Assembly (NCBI GenBank): GCA_022340885.1
Contig: JAJDND010000159.1
Span: 3,395 to 67,394 of the forward strand
Reading direction: 5' to 3'
Length of the DNA: 64,000 bases
Source of the DNA: Desulfobacterales bacterium
GTDB taxonomy: Bacteria; Desulfobacterota; Desulfobacteria; Desulfobacterales; UBA11574
Within the stretch, counting starts at the first letter, position 1; every line of letters begins with the position of its first letter. The translations under genes were made by a program, and so were the position numbers. Under the pieces are notes generated by a model. It was not told the origin of the DNA. It ran no database searches and was given only the letters and a program-made list of their open reading frames with translations. This document shows, piece by piece, positions 1 through 9,143 of the stretch.

Positions 1-1
1 T

Positions 2-454
2 GCGGCAATAAGCGCTTTTCAAAAGCGTGAAGAAATCGACCAATATCTTTACCAGGTAAAAAGAATTTTACGGTCTATTGGAAAAAAACTCATCTCACTG
101 TTCGAAACAACGGCGGTCGATGTTCTTTCGCCGCATGGGGGATTTTATCTGTTTCCTGATTTCAAAGCATACGGTGAAAAGCTTCAATCACTCGGTATAA
201 CAACAAGTTATGCGTTTTGTGAGCATCTGTTGAAAGAAACCGGAATCGCCATTCTTCCGGGTATGGATTTTGGGAGAGCGCCCGAAGAACTCACAGCGCG
301 CCTGGCGTACGTGAACTTCGATGGCAAGGAAGCCCTTGAAGCGGCCGCTCAAGTTCCGGCATCATTTCCTTTGGATGATAATTTTCTTTATTCACATTGC
401 GCAGGACCTGTCGTTGCCGTCGAAAAACTCTGCAAGTGGTTAAAAAGCCTTTAA
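2..454 (+). CDS. PLP-dependent aminotransferase (class I/II), C-terminal part; 5' end lies outside the window
   Basis: Frame 2 is open from the window edge to TAA at 452-454. The translation (...VDVLSPHGGFYLFPDF...ETGIAILPGMDFGRAPEELTARLAYVNFDG...) looks like the C-terminal domain of fold-type I aminotransferases. The M at 230 in the ORF track is an internal TTG. Confidence 0.75.
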   Translation, partial: AAISAFQKREEIDQYLYQVKRILRSIGKKLISLFETTAVDVLSPHGGFYLFPDFKAYGEKLQSLGITTSYAFCEHLLKETGIAILPGMDFGRAPEELTARLAYVNFDGKEALEAAAQVPASFPLDDNFLYSHCAGPVVAVEKLCKWLKSL

Positions 455-614
455 CTGAAAATTTCGTTACGTTATAAAGGTTATACCGTCACCGGTCTTA
501 TGATTTGCAGTCCGGACTTTGATGTTTATTATTATAATAATATTCCAACCTTCGGATCTAAATATTCACAATTTTAATAGCGCATCCCGGCTAACAAATT
601 TCAGGAGGGTTAAA

Positions 615-896
615 ATGAAACCGTTTCGAATTATCGGCGTACTTGCATCTGCTGCTGTACTTTTCGCCTGTGCAGGATCGTTCCAAAGAATGAACCATCT
701 AAAACTCGGCATGACCAAACAAGAAGTCATCCAAACCGTCGGGGCACCGGACATTACCAGCGCCAGCGGGCATGTGGAATATCTAAAATACCGTAGCAAT
801 TCGGGTGTGTTTTACACCGATGAATATTACGTCAGACTGCTGGACGGCAAAGTGGACGCTTTTGGACAGCAAGGAGACTTTAATTTGCCCTACTAA
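615..896 (+). CDS. Small lipoprotein, BamE/SmpA-OmlA-like
   Basis: ATG at 615 is preceded by AGGAGG (603-608). Signal peptide with lipobox (VLFAC). The segment LKLGMTKQEVIQTVGAPD resembles the SmpA/OmlA (BamE) fold signature. The ORF-track start at 519 is an unsupported upstream extension. Confidence 0.6.
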   Translation: MKPFRIIGVLASAAVLFACAGSFQRMNHLKLGMTKQEVIQTVGAPDITSASGHVEYLKYRSNSGVFYTDEYYVRLLDGKVDAFGQQGDFNLPY

Positions 897-954
897 CCTT
901 TTCAAATACGACGGTAATGGATTCCGCCATTTCCGTCTGGAAGATACGGTTTTA

Positions 955-2076
955 TTATTGGGACCGGTGACGGAACATCCAGCCCGCCAGGGGCAGTGCA
1001 AAAGCGGCCATCAGCAATAGGGGCCAGAGCTGGGGCCAAACCATGCTGACACCGGCGCCCTCCAGGAATATATTGCGAAGGGCGGTGATGATGTGCCGCA
1101 GGGGATTGAGCAGGGTTCCGATCTGAAGCCAGTGGGGCATATTTTCGATGGGCGTGGCGAACCCGGAAAGTATAACCGACGGCATCATGAAGACAAAGGA
1201 GCCGAGAAGGGCCTGCTGCATGGTCATGGACAGAGACGATACCAGAAGGCCGACGCCCACGATGGTGAGGATAAAACACCCGAGGGCCAGAACAAGGGTC
1301 CCGACGCTGCCGCGGAACGGCACACCAAACCAGTAAACCGCACCTGCTGCAAACAACAGTGCGTCCATGATGCCAAAGAACATGCCGGGCAGGGATTTGC
1401 CAACAAGAATTTCTCCGGGGTTGAACGGCGCAACCAAGAGCTGATCGAAAGTGCCGAATTCGCGTTCCCTGGCCACGGAAAGACTGGTCAAAATCATGAC
1501 CACCACCATGCTGATGAGGCCGCCTAACGCCGACACAATGAACCACCTGCTTTGGAGGTTGGCATTGAACCATGCCCGATCCACCAGTACTACGCCGGGT
1601 CCGCCCATCCCGACCACGCCTTTTTTAGCCAGATCCCGGTTGTACTTTTCGACAATAGCTCCGATATACCCCAAGGCGATCAGGGCCACATTGGAATTGC
1701 GGCCGTCCACGATCGCCTGGAGTGTCGCCGGCCGGCCGCTGTGAAGATCGCGGCTGAACTCGGATCCGATGTGGATGACCAGCCGGACTTTCTCACGGTT
1801 GATCATAAAGGCGATCTCTTTTTCGTTTAAAAGATTCCGTGTCAGCTCAAAATTTTCAGATCCTTCGAATCGGGACAAAAGCTGCCGGGATTCGGGTGTC
1901 CGCGATTCGTCGAATACGGCATAGCTGACATTTTTAAGATCATAGGTCGCCGCATAGCCGAACACAAAAAACTGGATCAGGGGCGGGCCGATAACCACAA
2001 AGCGGCTTTTGGGGTCCTTTAAGATCATGATGAATTCTTTCATCGTCAATGCGATGATGCGCCGTAGAAAATCCAT
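955..2076 (-). CDS. ABC-2 type transporter permease (YbhR/YbhS-like)
   Basis: 373 aa. N-terminal cytoplasmic stretch (LTMKEFIMILKDPKS), a large loop, then multiple C-terminal TM helices, typical of ABC-2 permeases. Its start overlaps the upstream stop (TAATG), indicating an operon. Confidence 0.9.
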   Translation of the reverse strand: MDFLRRIIALTMKEFIMILKDPKSRFVVIGPPLIQFFVFGYAATYDLKNVSYAVFDESRTPESRQLLSRFEGSENFELTRNLLNEKEIAFMINREKVRLVIHIGSEFSRDLHSGRPATLQAIVDGRNSNVALIALGYIGAIVEKYNRDLAKKGVVGMGGPGVVLVDRAWFNANLQSRWFIVSALGGLISMVVVMILTSLSVAREREFGTFDQLLVAPFNPGEILVGKSLPGMFFGIMDALLFAAGAVYWFGVPFRGSVGTLVLALGCFILTIVGVGLLVSSLSMTMQQALLGSFVFMMPSVILSGFATPIENMPHWLQIGTLLNPLRHIITALRNIFLEGAGVSMVWPQLWPLLLMAAFALPLAGWMFRHRSQ

Positions 2077-3209
2077 TACGCCTCCAGACGCTTGGTGATT
2101 TTACGAAAAGCGAGGCTGATAAATATAACCGCCATGCCCAAAAGTGCCAGTGCATTGGGCAGCAGCACCGGCCAGACGTCACCGGCCATGAAAAGGGTAT
2201 GGCTGATATCCACGAAATATCGCGCCGGCACCACGTGGCTCACGATCCGAATGACAAGAGGCGTGCTCCCCAGGTCGAAAATAAGGCCCGAAAGAAAGAG
2301 AGCGGGCAAAAATCCCGCCACAATCGAAACTTGTGCGGCCACAAATTGTACGCGAATGGCCGAGGATATTAACAGTCCGAAACCGGACGAAGCCAGCATA
2401 AACAGCGCACTTAATACAAAGAGCGCCCAGATGGATCCGCGAAAGGGCACATGAAACAGCGTGACGCCGACCCAAACGGACAACCCCATGCCCATCATTC
2501 CCAAGATAAAATAGGGAAGCACCTTTCCCAGCAGAAGTTCGATCCGCCGAATGGGCGTGACCAGAATAGCTTCCATGGTCCCGCGCTCCCATTCCCGGGC
2601 GACCACCAATGCGGTCAGCAGAATGCCGATGAGGGTCATGATCAGGGTAATAAGACCCGGCACCAGAAAGTTCCGGCTCTCGGCGGACTCATTGAACCAG
2701 ATCCGCTGGGATATGTTCACGGCAGGGGCGACCACGGATTCGCCCCGGGCCCGGCGCACTTCCGTCCATTTTTCAAGCACCCCGCGGGCATATCCTTGAA
2801 TCAGCCGGGCCCGGTTGGCATCGATCCCGTTGACAATTACCTGAACCGGCGCGGGGTTCAGCTTATCCAGGCCGGCAGTAAAATCGCTTTGCACGTGAAC
2901 AATACCGTCAACGCGCCGTTGATTCAACAATGCCACGGCCTTCGCCATGGATGCCAGATGAAGGGTTTTGAAATAGGGTGACTGATCGAATCTGGCAGCC
3001 ACTTCCCGGGCTGCCGGACCATTGTCGCTGAGCACGACGGCCATGGGAACGTTGTCGGCATCCAGGGTGACCCCGTATCCAAAAATAAAAAGGAGCACCA
3101 GCGGCAGCACGATGGCCAGAGCGATACTGCTGGGATCCCGTAGAATCTGGAGCAGTTCCTTGCGGAGAATCCCCCGCATGCGCATAAAGAAAAGGGCCTT
3201 GGTCGTCAT
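2076..3209 (-). CDS. ABC-2 type transporter permease (YbhS/YbhR-like paralogue)
   Basis: 377 aa with the same architecture as its neighbour (ILRKELLQILRDPSS...). A 4-nt ATGA overlap with the upstream ATPase gene. Confidence 0.9.
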   Translation of the reverse strand: MTTKALFFMRMRGILRKELLQILRDPSSIALAIVLPLVLLFIFGYGVTLDADNVPMAVVLSDNGPAAREVAARFDQSPYFKTLHLASMAKAVALLNQRRVDGIVHVQSDFTAGLDKLNPAPVQVIVNGIDANRARLIQGYARGVLEKWTEVRRARGESVVAPAVNISQRIWFNESAESRNFLVPGLITLIMTLIGILLTALVVAREWERGTMEAILVTPIRRIELLLGKVLPYFILGMMGMGLSVWVGVTLFHVPFRGSIWALFVLSALFMLASSGFGLLISSAIRVQFVAAQVSIVAGFLPALFLSGLIFDLGSTPLVIRIVSHVVPARYFVDISHTLFMAGDVWPVLLPNALALLGMAVIFISLAFRKITKRLEA

Positions 3210-5020
3210 TTTCCACCTCTGCTGTTTTCCATTCGATTTCCTTCGTCGGAAGGTGCAACGGTGCCTTCGGCAAGGGCGATAAACGCATCTTCAATGGTGG
3301 GATCCGGATTTTCTTTGCTGCGGGCCAGCGCCCGGATTTCAGAAGGCGTGCCTTTGGCAAGGCTTTCGCCCAGGGACATGATCAACATCCGGTCGCAGTA
3401 TTCGGACTCTTCCATAAAATGCGTGGTCACGACCACGGTCACCCCCTGTTCGGCAAAACCGTTTATCCTAAGCCAGAACTCGCGGCGCGCCAAAGGATCC
3501 ACGCCGGATGTGGGTTCGTCTAAAAAGAGGATTTCCGGCTCGTGCAACAGCGAAGCGGCCATGGCCAGGCGCTGTTTGTAGCCTCCCGGCAGTCCGGCGG
3601 CCGCTTTTTCCCGCCACTTGCCGAGCCCGAATTCCTCAAACGCCCATTCCATTCGTTGCCGCAGCCGGTTCCCGCCGAGACCGTAGGCCCTTCCGAAAAA
3701 ATTCAGATTTTCTCGTACGCTGAGCTGACTGTACAGGGAGAACTGCTGGGCCATGTACCCTAAACGCGAACGGGCTCTGGACGGCGAGTGCCGCAAATCA
3801 TATCCGGCCACACTGATATCGCCGGCACTCACGCTCAGCAACCCGCAGAGCATCCGGAAGGTGGTGCTTTTCCCGGCGCCGTTGGGACCGAGCAGACCGA
3901 AAATCTCGCCGCGCCGGACATTAAAAGTGAGACCTTTGACCGCTTCGAAATCGCCGAAAGCTTTTTTCAAATCCCTGGTTTGGACCACCACTTCTTGTTG
4001 AATGCTACTCTCGAAGGCTTCTTCCATAGCATTGATTTGAAAACGGCGTTCTTTGTGGGGAATCAAGGTCATAAAGGCATCTTCAAAGGCCGGCGGGGTG
4101 CTCTTAACGGCTGCCGGCCAGTTGTCCGGCAGCGTGTCGGCCACGGCCCGGATGCCGTAAGCATCGGTTACTGCACGCACCCTCCCGGATCGTATGGTCG
4201 CATCAATAATATGCGGCTTTCCCACCAGATACGTGTGTATTTGGCGGGCCTTGATGCCCGGTGCCGGCTCAACGAGCGCAACATTTTGTCCCACCCTCTT
4301 TTTGAATTCTTCGGGTGTTCCTTCAGCAAGTTTCTCTCCTTCATGGAGCACCACCACGTGGTCGCATCGTTCGGCCTCGTCCAGATAGGCGGTCGAGAGC
4401 AGGACCCCGATGCCGTCTTTTTCCACCAGTTCGTAAACGATTTTCCAAAGCTCGCGGCGTGAGACCGGATCTACGCCCACGGTGGGCTCGTCCAGCAGCA
4501 GCATCTCCGGGGATTTGATCAGCGAACAGGCCAGCCCCAGTTTCTGTTTCATTCCGCCGGAAAGCGCACCGGCCATGCGCCGGGTAAACGGTTCCAGGCC
4601 GGTCATCTTAAGCAGCCGTTGATAGCGGTATTTTCGATCTGAAAACGGCACCCCTTGAAGATCGGCATAAAGATCCATATTTTCTTTTACGGTAAGATCC
4701 TGGTACAACCCGAATTTCTGGGGCATATAACCAACGCGGCTCTGAATCTCGATGGTATCGATTACGCTGTCGTAGCCCAGGACGGTGACGCTGCCTGCCG
4801 TGGGAACGATCAGTCCGGCGGCTGTACGGATCAGGGTGGTTTTGCCGGCCCCGTCCGCCCCCACAAGTCCGGTGACCCGGCCGCGAAGGGCATCGAGCGA
4901 TACATCCCTCAGGGCCTGAACCGCAGGCCCTTTTTTCGCGGTAAACGTCTTCTCCAGATTCCGGACCGCCAGCACTATATCCGTTGCAGCTGTGCGCTGC
5001 GTGAGAAACCGATCCGCCAT
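3206..5020 (-). CDS. ABC transporter ATP-binding protein with two fused ATPase domains (YbhF-like)
   Basis: 604 aa. Two Walker A sites (GADGAGKTT, GPNGAGKST), two ABC signatures (LSGGMKQKL, LPGGYKQRL) and two Walker B sites (LLLDEPTVGVD, LFLDEPTSGVD). Confidence 0.93.
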   Translation of the reverse strand: MADRFLTQRTAATDIVLAVRNLEKTFTAKKGPAVQALRDVSLDALRGRVTGLVGADGAGKTTLIRTAAGLIVPTAGSVTVLGYDSVIDTIEIQSRVGYMPQKFGLYQDLTVKENMDLYADLQGVPFSDRKYRYQRLLKMTGLEPFTRRMAGALSGGMKQKLGLACSLIKSPEMLLLDEPTVGVDPVSRRELWKIVYELVEKDGIGVLLSTAYLDEAERCDHVVVLHEGEKLAEGTPEEFKKRVGQNVALVEPAPGIKARQIHTYLVGKPHIIDATIRSGRVRAVTDAYGIRAVADTLPDNWPAAVKSTPPAFEDAFMTLIPHKERRFQINAMEEAFESSIQQEVVVQTRDLKKAFGDFEAVKGLTFNVRRGEIFGLLGPNGAGKSTTFRMLCGLLSVSAGDISVAGYDLRHSPSRARSRLGYMAQQFSLYSQLSVRENLNFFGRAYGLGGNRLRQRMEWAFEEFGLGKWREKAAAGLPGGYKQRLAMAASLLHEPEILFLDEPTSGVDPLARREFWLRINGFAEQGVTVVVTTHFMEESEYCDRMLIMSLGESLAKGTPSEIRALARSKENPDPTIEDAFIALAEGTVAPSDEGNRMENSRGGK

Positions 5021-5028
5021 ATCGCCGG

Positions 5029-6087
5029 CTATCCTTTAACCGGTTTGGCGGTTTTTTTCGGCAAAACCTTGCCGGTCCCGGGTACACCGGCCGAAGCCGC
5101 GAGATCTACGAGCACCGTAACCGGCATTCCGAGACGGAGCTGGTCTTTTACATCATGAACAAAAACCCTGACTTCATATACCAGTTTTGACCGCAAATCC
5201 TCGGTCTCTACAGTTTTCGGGGTAAATTCGGCCACCGGCGAAATAAAGCCGATCCAGCCTTTGAAACGTTTATTCGGAAACGAATCGCTCAAGATCGCGG
5301 TCTTCATGCCGAGACGGATACGGCCGAGATCCGGTTCGGGCACATAGGCCCGCACCCACTTGGGGTCGGTCAAAGCCAGCGTAAGAACCGGACGGTTTGG
5401 AGTGGCGATTTCTCCGGGCTCTAAGATACGGTTCTGAATAACGCCCGGCGCCGGTGATATCAGCGTCATTTCTCCAAGCCGTATCTTTAACAGCGAAAGG
5501 GATGCCTTGATCGCCTCCAGGGTGTTTTTTGCCGCTGCAATATCTTCCTTGCGCGGGCCTTCCAGAGCCAGATTCAGAGCCTTTTCTTTAACCTCGAGCT
5601 GGGCCTTGTCCACATCGAACTGGGCTCGTGCATTGTCCAGGGCTTCCTGGCTAGTCGCTCCGGCCCCGGATGTTTGGCTGATGCGATCGAAATTCAGCCT
5701 CGAATTGCGGACCTTGGCTTTTGCTGCGGCCAATTCAGCCCTCGCCTGGGCGATTTCCTGAGGACGGGTTCCCGCCTCCAATCGTTTCACCACTTCCTGC
5801 TGGGCGTCGATTTGCGCCTCTGCCTCTTTAATCTGAGCCTCCAACCGATGGGTCTGCAGCATCGCCAGCACCTGGCCTTTTGAAACCCGGTCGCCTTCCT
5901 CCACCAACACTCCGGCAATGCGCTCCTGTTCATTAAAGGCAAGATCAGCCTTTCGGATATCGATATTTCCGTAAATCTTTAGTTCGGTGCCGGACCCTTT
6001 CTCATTAGCATTTATAAACCATCGAACGCCCAAAACTGCGATCGAAACCAAAACCACTAAAAGAATAATCCTGAATAATCGTTTCAT
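5029..6087 (-). CDS. HlyD-family periplasmic adaptor (YbhG-like)
   Basis: 352 aa. N-terminal TM anchor, a long alanine/glutamine-rich coiled coil (EAQIKEAEAQIDAQQEVV...), and a C-terminal beta-barrel segment. First transporter gene after the TetR gene. Confidence 0.9.
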   Translation of the reverse strand: MKRLFRIILLVVLVSIAVLGVRWFINANEKGSGTELKIYGNIDIRKADLAFNEQERIAGVLVEEGDRVSKGQVLAMLQTHRLEAQIKEAEAQIDAQQEVVKRLEAGTRPQEIAQARAELAAAKAKVRNSRLNFDRISQTSGAGATSQEALDNARAQFDVDKAQLEVKEKALNLALEGPRKEDIAAAKNTLEAIKASLSLLKIRLGEMTLISPAPGVIQNRILEPGEIATPNRPVLTLALTDPKWVRAYVPEPDLGRIRLGMKTAILSDSFPNKRFKGWIGFISPVAEFTPKTVETEDLRSKLVYEVRVFVHDVKDQLRLGMPVTVLVDLAASAGVPGTGKVLPKKTAKPVKG

Positions 6088-6107
6088 TGCGCTGACGCTC
6101 TACCTTT

Positions 6108-6803
6108 CTATTGATTTCCATTCAGAGGAGACATTGCCTCAATGGTGGTTCGTGTTTGTTCCAAAATCACACCGCGAATTTCTGCAGTTTCTTCGGGACT
6201 GTATCCTTTAAGACCCAACGCCCGAACCATCGTTTCACGGGCCACGCGGAACACAATGACTTGCCCGATCAGGGTCAATGCGCGAAGGTTGGCGATACGC
6301 GAAAGTGACGTGCCTGTAGCGGTTGCGACCATTTTGGAAATCGCATTGATCATGGGTGCCATAATCCGGTTGAATATAATATCATACGCCGAAGACGGAT
6401 AAAGCTGCTCCCGCAGAACGATTCGCGCAAAGCGAGGCGCTTCGGCTGAGCCCACCATAAAGTTAATCATGTTTTCCAGAAGCTTTTCCAGCAGGGAAAG
6501 CGCTTCCTTACGATCCAAATTTCCTTCTGCAACTCGCCCCTCTATTTCATACAAGGTTGATTTTACCTGAGACTCGAGCTTGCCGGCAACATAGGCGACG
6601 ACGGCATGATACAAACCCTCTTTCCCTTTGAAATAATAAGGTATGGCGGCAATATTGACGCCGGCTTTTTTAGCGATCATCCGCGTGGTTGCCGCGTCAA
6701 ATCCGTGTTTTCCAAAAACATCCACACCAGCTTCGAGAAGACGACCGTGAGCATTGGAACTATAACTTCCTTTTGGTGATGTCGTTTTTCTGTCGACGAC
6801 CAT
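6108..6803 (-). CDS. TetR/AcrR-family transcriptional regulator (YbiH/CecR-like position)
   Basis: 231 aa. N-terminal TetR HTH (GFDAATTRMIAKKAGVNIAAIPYYFKGKEGLY). It leads the HlyD/ABC/ABC-2 operon. Confidence 0.9.
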   Translation of the reverse strand: MVVDRKTTSPKGSYSSNAHGRLLEAGVDVFGKHGFDAATTRMIAKKAGVNIAAIPYYFKGKEGLYHAVVAYVAGKLESQVKSTLYEIEGRVAEGNLDRKEALSLLEKLLENMINFMVGSAEAPRFARIVLREQLYPSSAYDIIFNRIMAPMINAISKMVATATGTSLSRIANLRALTLIGQVIVFRVARETMVRALGLKGYSPEETAEIRGVILEQTRTTIEAMSPLNGNQ

Positions 6804-6821
6804 GGTTATTTTTCCTTTCTA

Positions 6822-6859
6822 ACTTGACAATATTAATCAATCGATTGAATTAGTCAAGT
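6822..6859 (-). promoter_or_regulatory. Imperfect 38-bp palindrome (ACTTGAC...ATCGAT...GTCAAGT) overlapping a sigma70-like promoter; candidate TetR operator
   Basis: The minus strand reads TTGACT (6852-6857), a 16-nt spacer, then TAATAT (6830-6835), about 26 nt upstream of the TetR ATG. The outer arms ACTTGAC/GTCAAGT are perfect; the inner arms match with one indel around a central ATCGAT. Confidence 0.4.
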
Positions 6860-6925
6860 GATGGATTTTTTTAAATGGCGACAGAATTCTCGATTCGATT
6901 CATGATGCGGTCGCGTCCTTTTCGC

Positions 6926-6954
6926 TTGACTCAAAAACACGAATCTCATATGGT
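6926..6954 (+). promoter_or_regulatory. Candidate sigma70 promoter for the peptide ABC operon
   Basis: TTGACT (6926-6931), a 17-nt spacer, then TATGGT (6949-6954), about 50 nt upstream of the ATG at 7008. Confidence 0.3.
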
Positions 6955-7007
6955 TAGGGATAACTCGTGTTTATCTTTTAAAAACATTCACTTATGGCAA
7001 ACCTTCC

Positions 7008-9140
7008 ATGACCGTCAAACGCTTTTTCATTTTTGCGCCGATCCTGCTGATTATCGTTTTGCTGCAGTCTTATTTCTGGGAGCCGACATACGAAGAGCAG
7101 ACGAAAGGCAATCCTGCGCGCCTCACCGAATATATTACCGGGTCCATCGGTGACGCCAGCCTATTAAACCCCGTCATTGCGTCCGATTCTGCGAGCGGCG
7201 ACATTAACGGCCTGGTGTTCGAGGGTCTCATCGACTATAACAAAGATCTTCGATTCAGAGGTCGTGTGGCCAAATCATGGGAAATTTCTGAACAAGCGTT
7301 CTTTTACGTTAACCCGTCCGCCCGCATACCAGAATGGGGCATCGTCGATGCGGCTTCTCTGGCAACGCGCATTAAACACGCCCAAAAATCACCGATACCT
7401 TCAGACCCGAATCTTACAGCTTCTCTGAAGCGGATTACGAATATCTCCGTAATCCCGCCTCGAACATATACGGTTGAAAAATCAATCAAAAAGTCCGGCG
7501 GCGGCCAGCCAAAGACAATCCGGTTCCAGGTGACGGCACCGGCCAGGATCAAACTCGTTTTAAACCAGGTGGATCAGCATCTTTTTCAAAATCTCGCCCA
7601 TCTGTTGGGAAAAAATTATTTTGAATCCTTTCGCGGGAGAAACTACTTGACATGCGATGCCCGCCTTACCGCAAAACAATGGGCGGCGTTTGCAAAAGAA
7701 CTGATACCGGCCACCGAACACAATCCCATTTTGTTGTTTCATCTAAGGCCCGGCGTGAAGTTTCAAGACGGCTATCCGGTGAGTGCCGAAGATGTTAAGT
7801 TTACCTATGAAGCCATTATGAATCCGAAAAACCTGTCGCCGCTCCTCTCGGTTTACGAGCCGGTGAAAACCATTGAAGTGATAGATCCCTTAACCGTTAA
7901 AATCGTCTATAAGCGGCTCTACTCTCCGGCCCTTTCAACCTGGGGCATCGGAATTCTTCCGAAACATCTTCTCGATTCACAAGCTCTCAAAAAAGAAGCT
8001 GCAGCTCTCGGAAAAGATCAGAAAACCTTTTCCATTCGCCAAAGCGCATTTAACCGGCATCCCGTAGGATGCGGGCCATTTAAATTTCAAACATGGAAGT
8101 CGGATCAGTACATCATCCTGGATCGTTTTCACGATTACTGGGAGGGGCCGCCGAACTATCACCAATATGTCTATCGGATTATTCCCGATCCTTTGACCCA
8201 GGAAATGGAATTTTACGCCGGCACCCTCGATAGCTACAACGTCGAACCCCATCAGGTTATGCGCCTGGAAAAGGATCCGAGATTTCAGCACTTTTCCGGA
8301 ACATCCTTTGGATATACCTATATCGGTTACAACGAAAGACGCAAGCCCTTTGACGATCCTCGGGTGAGACGGGCCCTGGGAATGGCCATTGACATCAACA
8401 AAATCATCAAATATGTTCTTTACGGCCAAGGAGAACGGATCACCGGCCCGTTTGTCAAACAGACCGACTATTATGACCACAAGATCAAACCGCTTCCCTA
8501 CGATCCCCAAGGCGCGTTGAAGCTTTTGGCTGCGGCCGGATGGAAAAGAAACAAGTCCGGCCGCCTTGAAAAAAACGGCAGACCGCTTGAATTTACGCTG
8601 ATTACCAACAACGGCAACGAGCTTCGCAAGGCGGTACTGGCCATTGCGCAAGATGCATGGAAGCAAATCGGCATCGATATCCACACCGATATTCTGGAGT
8701 GGTCCGTGTTCATTCAGGAGCGCATAAATAAACTCGACTTTGACGCGGTGGTGTTGGGCTGGGGGATGGACATCCAGCCGGATCTTTTCCAGATATGGCA
8801 CTCGAGCCAGACCCATCCCTATCAGCTCAATTTTGTGGGGTTTAAAAACAAACGGGCCGATGAACTCATAATCAAAATCCGGCAGGAGTATAATCATGCC
8901 CGTCAGGTCGAACTCTGCCACAAACTTCACGCCCTTATCGCCGATCTGCAGCCGTATACCTTTCTTTATGTGAGCAAATGGACCGCTGTTTTGGACAAAC
9001 GCATCGTCATAAAGACCGTTGATGCCTCAGGCGCCGTACAATACAAAAAAATAACGCCCACCAAAACCGGTAATTACAGATATTATTTTAATCAATGGGT
9101 CAAGCTTCCACAAGCCCCCCAATTTATGGACAAAGGATAG
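7008..9140 (+). CDS. ABC transporter substrate-binding protein, peptide/nickel (family 5, OppA/DppA-like), unusually long
   Basis: 710 aa. N-terminal hydrophobic anchor, then family-5 SBP-like segments (GDASLLNPVIASDSASGDINGLVFEGLIDY, ...HLRPGVKFQDGYPVSAEDVKFTYE...). First gene of a five-gene importer. Confidence 0.9.
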   Translation: MTVKRFFIFAPILLIIVLLQSYFWEPTYEEQTKGNPARLTEYITGSIGDASLLNPVIASDSASGDINGLVFEGLIDYNKDLRFRGRVAKSWEISEQAFFYVNPSARIPEWGIVDAASLATRIKHAQKSPIPSDPNLTASLKRITNISVIPPRTYTVEKSIKKSGGGQPKTIRFQVTAPARIKLVLNQVDQHLFQNLAHLLGKNYFESFRGRNYLTCDARLTAKQWAAFAKELIPATEHNPILLFHLRPGVKFQDGYPVSAEDVKFTYEAIMNPKNLSPLLSVYEPVKTIEVIDPLTVKIVYKRLYSPALSTWGIGILPKHLLDSQALKKEAAALGKDQKTFSIRQSAFNRHPVGCGPFKFQTWKSDQYIILDRFHDYWEGPPNYHQYVYRIIPDPLTQEMEFYAGTLDSYNVEPHQVMRLEKDPRFQHFSGTSFGYTYIGYNERRKPFDDPRVRRALGMAIDINKIIKYVLYGQGERITGPFVKQTDYYDHKIKPLPYDPQGALKLLAAAGWKRNKSGRLEKNGRPLEFTLITNNGNELRKAVLAIAQDAWKQIGIDIHTDILEWSVFIQERINKLDFDAVVLGWGMDIQPDLFQIWHSSQTHPYQLNFVGFKNKRADELIIKIRQEYNHARQVELCHKLHALIADLQPYTFLYVSKWTAVLDKRIVIKTVDASGAVQYKKITPTKTGNYRYYFNQWVKLPQAPQFMDKG

Positions 9141-9143
9141 ATC

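Noticed and set aside
519-614. An upstream extension (MMFIIIIIFQ...) of the small lipoprotein ORF.
   Set aside because: The isoleucine/phenylalanine run reflects AT-rich intergenic DNA. AGGAGG plus ATG at 615 gives a normal lipoprotein signal peptide.
7977-8930. Long ORFs nested inside recognised genes. Antisense examples: 7977-8930 (317 aa), 10552-11256 (234 aa), 29957-30907 (316 aa), 31541-32317 (258 aa), 57528-58250 (240 aa) and 3788-4462 (224 aa). Same-strand, other-frame example: 902-1573 (223 aa).
   Set aside because: All lie entirely within genes that have strong family motifs. Their translations are low-complexity (R/G/P/H-rich) with no recognisable motifs. They cluster in the GC-rich operons, where stop codons are rare in off-frames. 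These are classic shadow ORFs.
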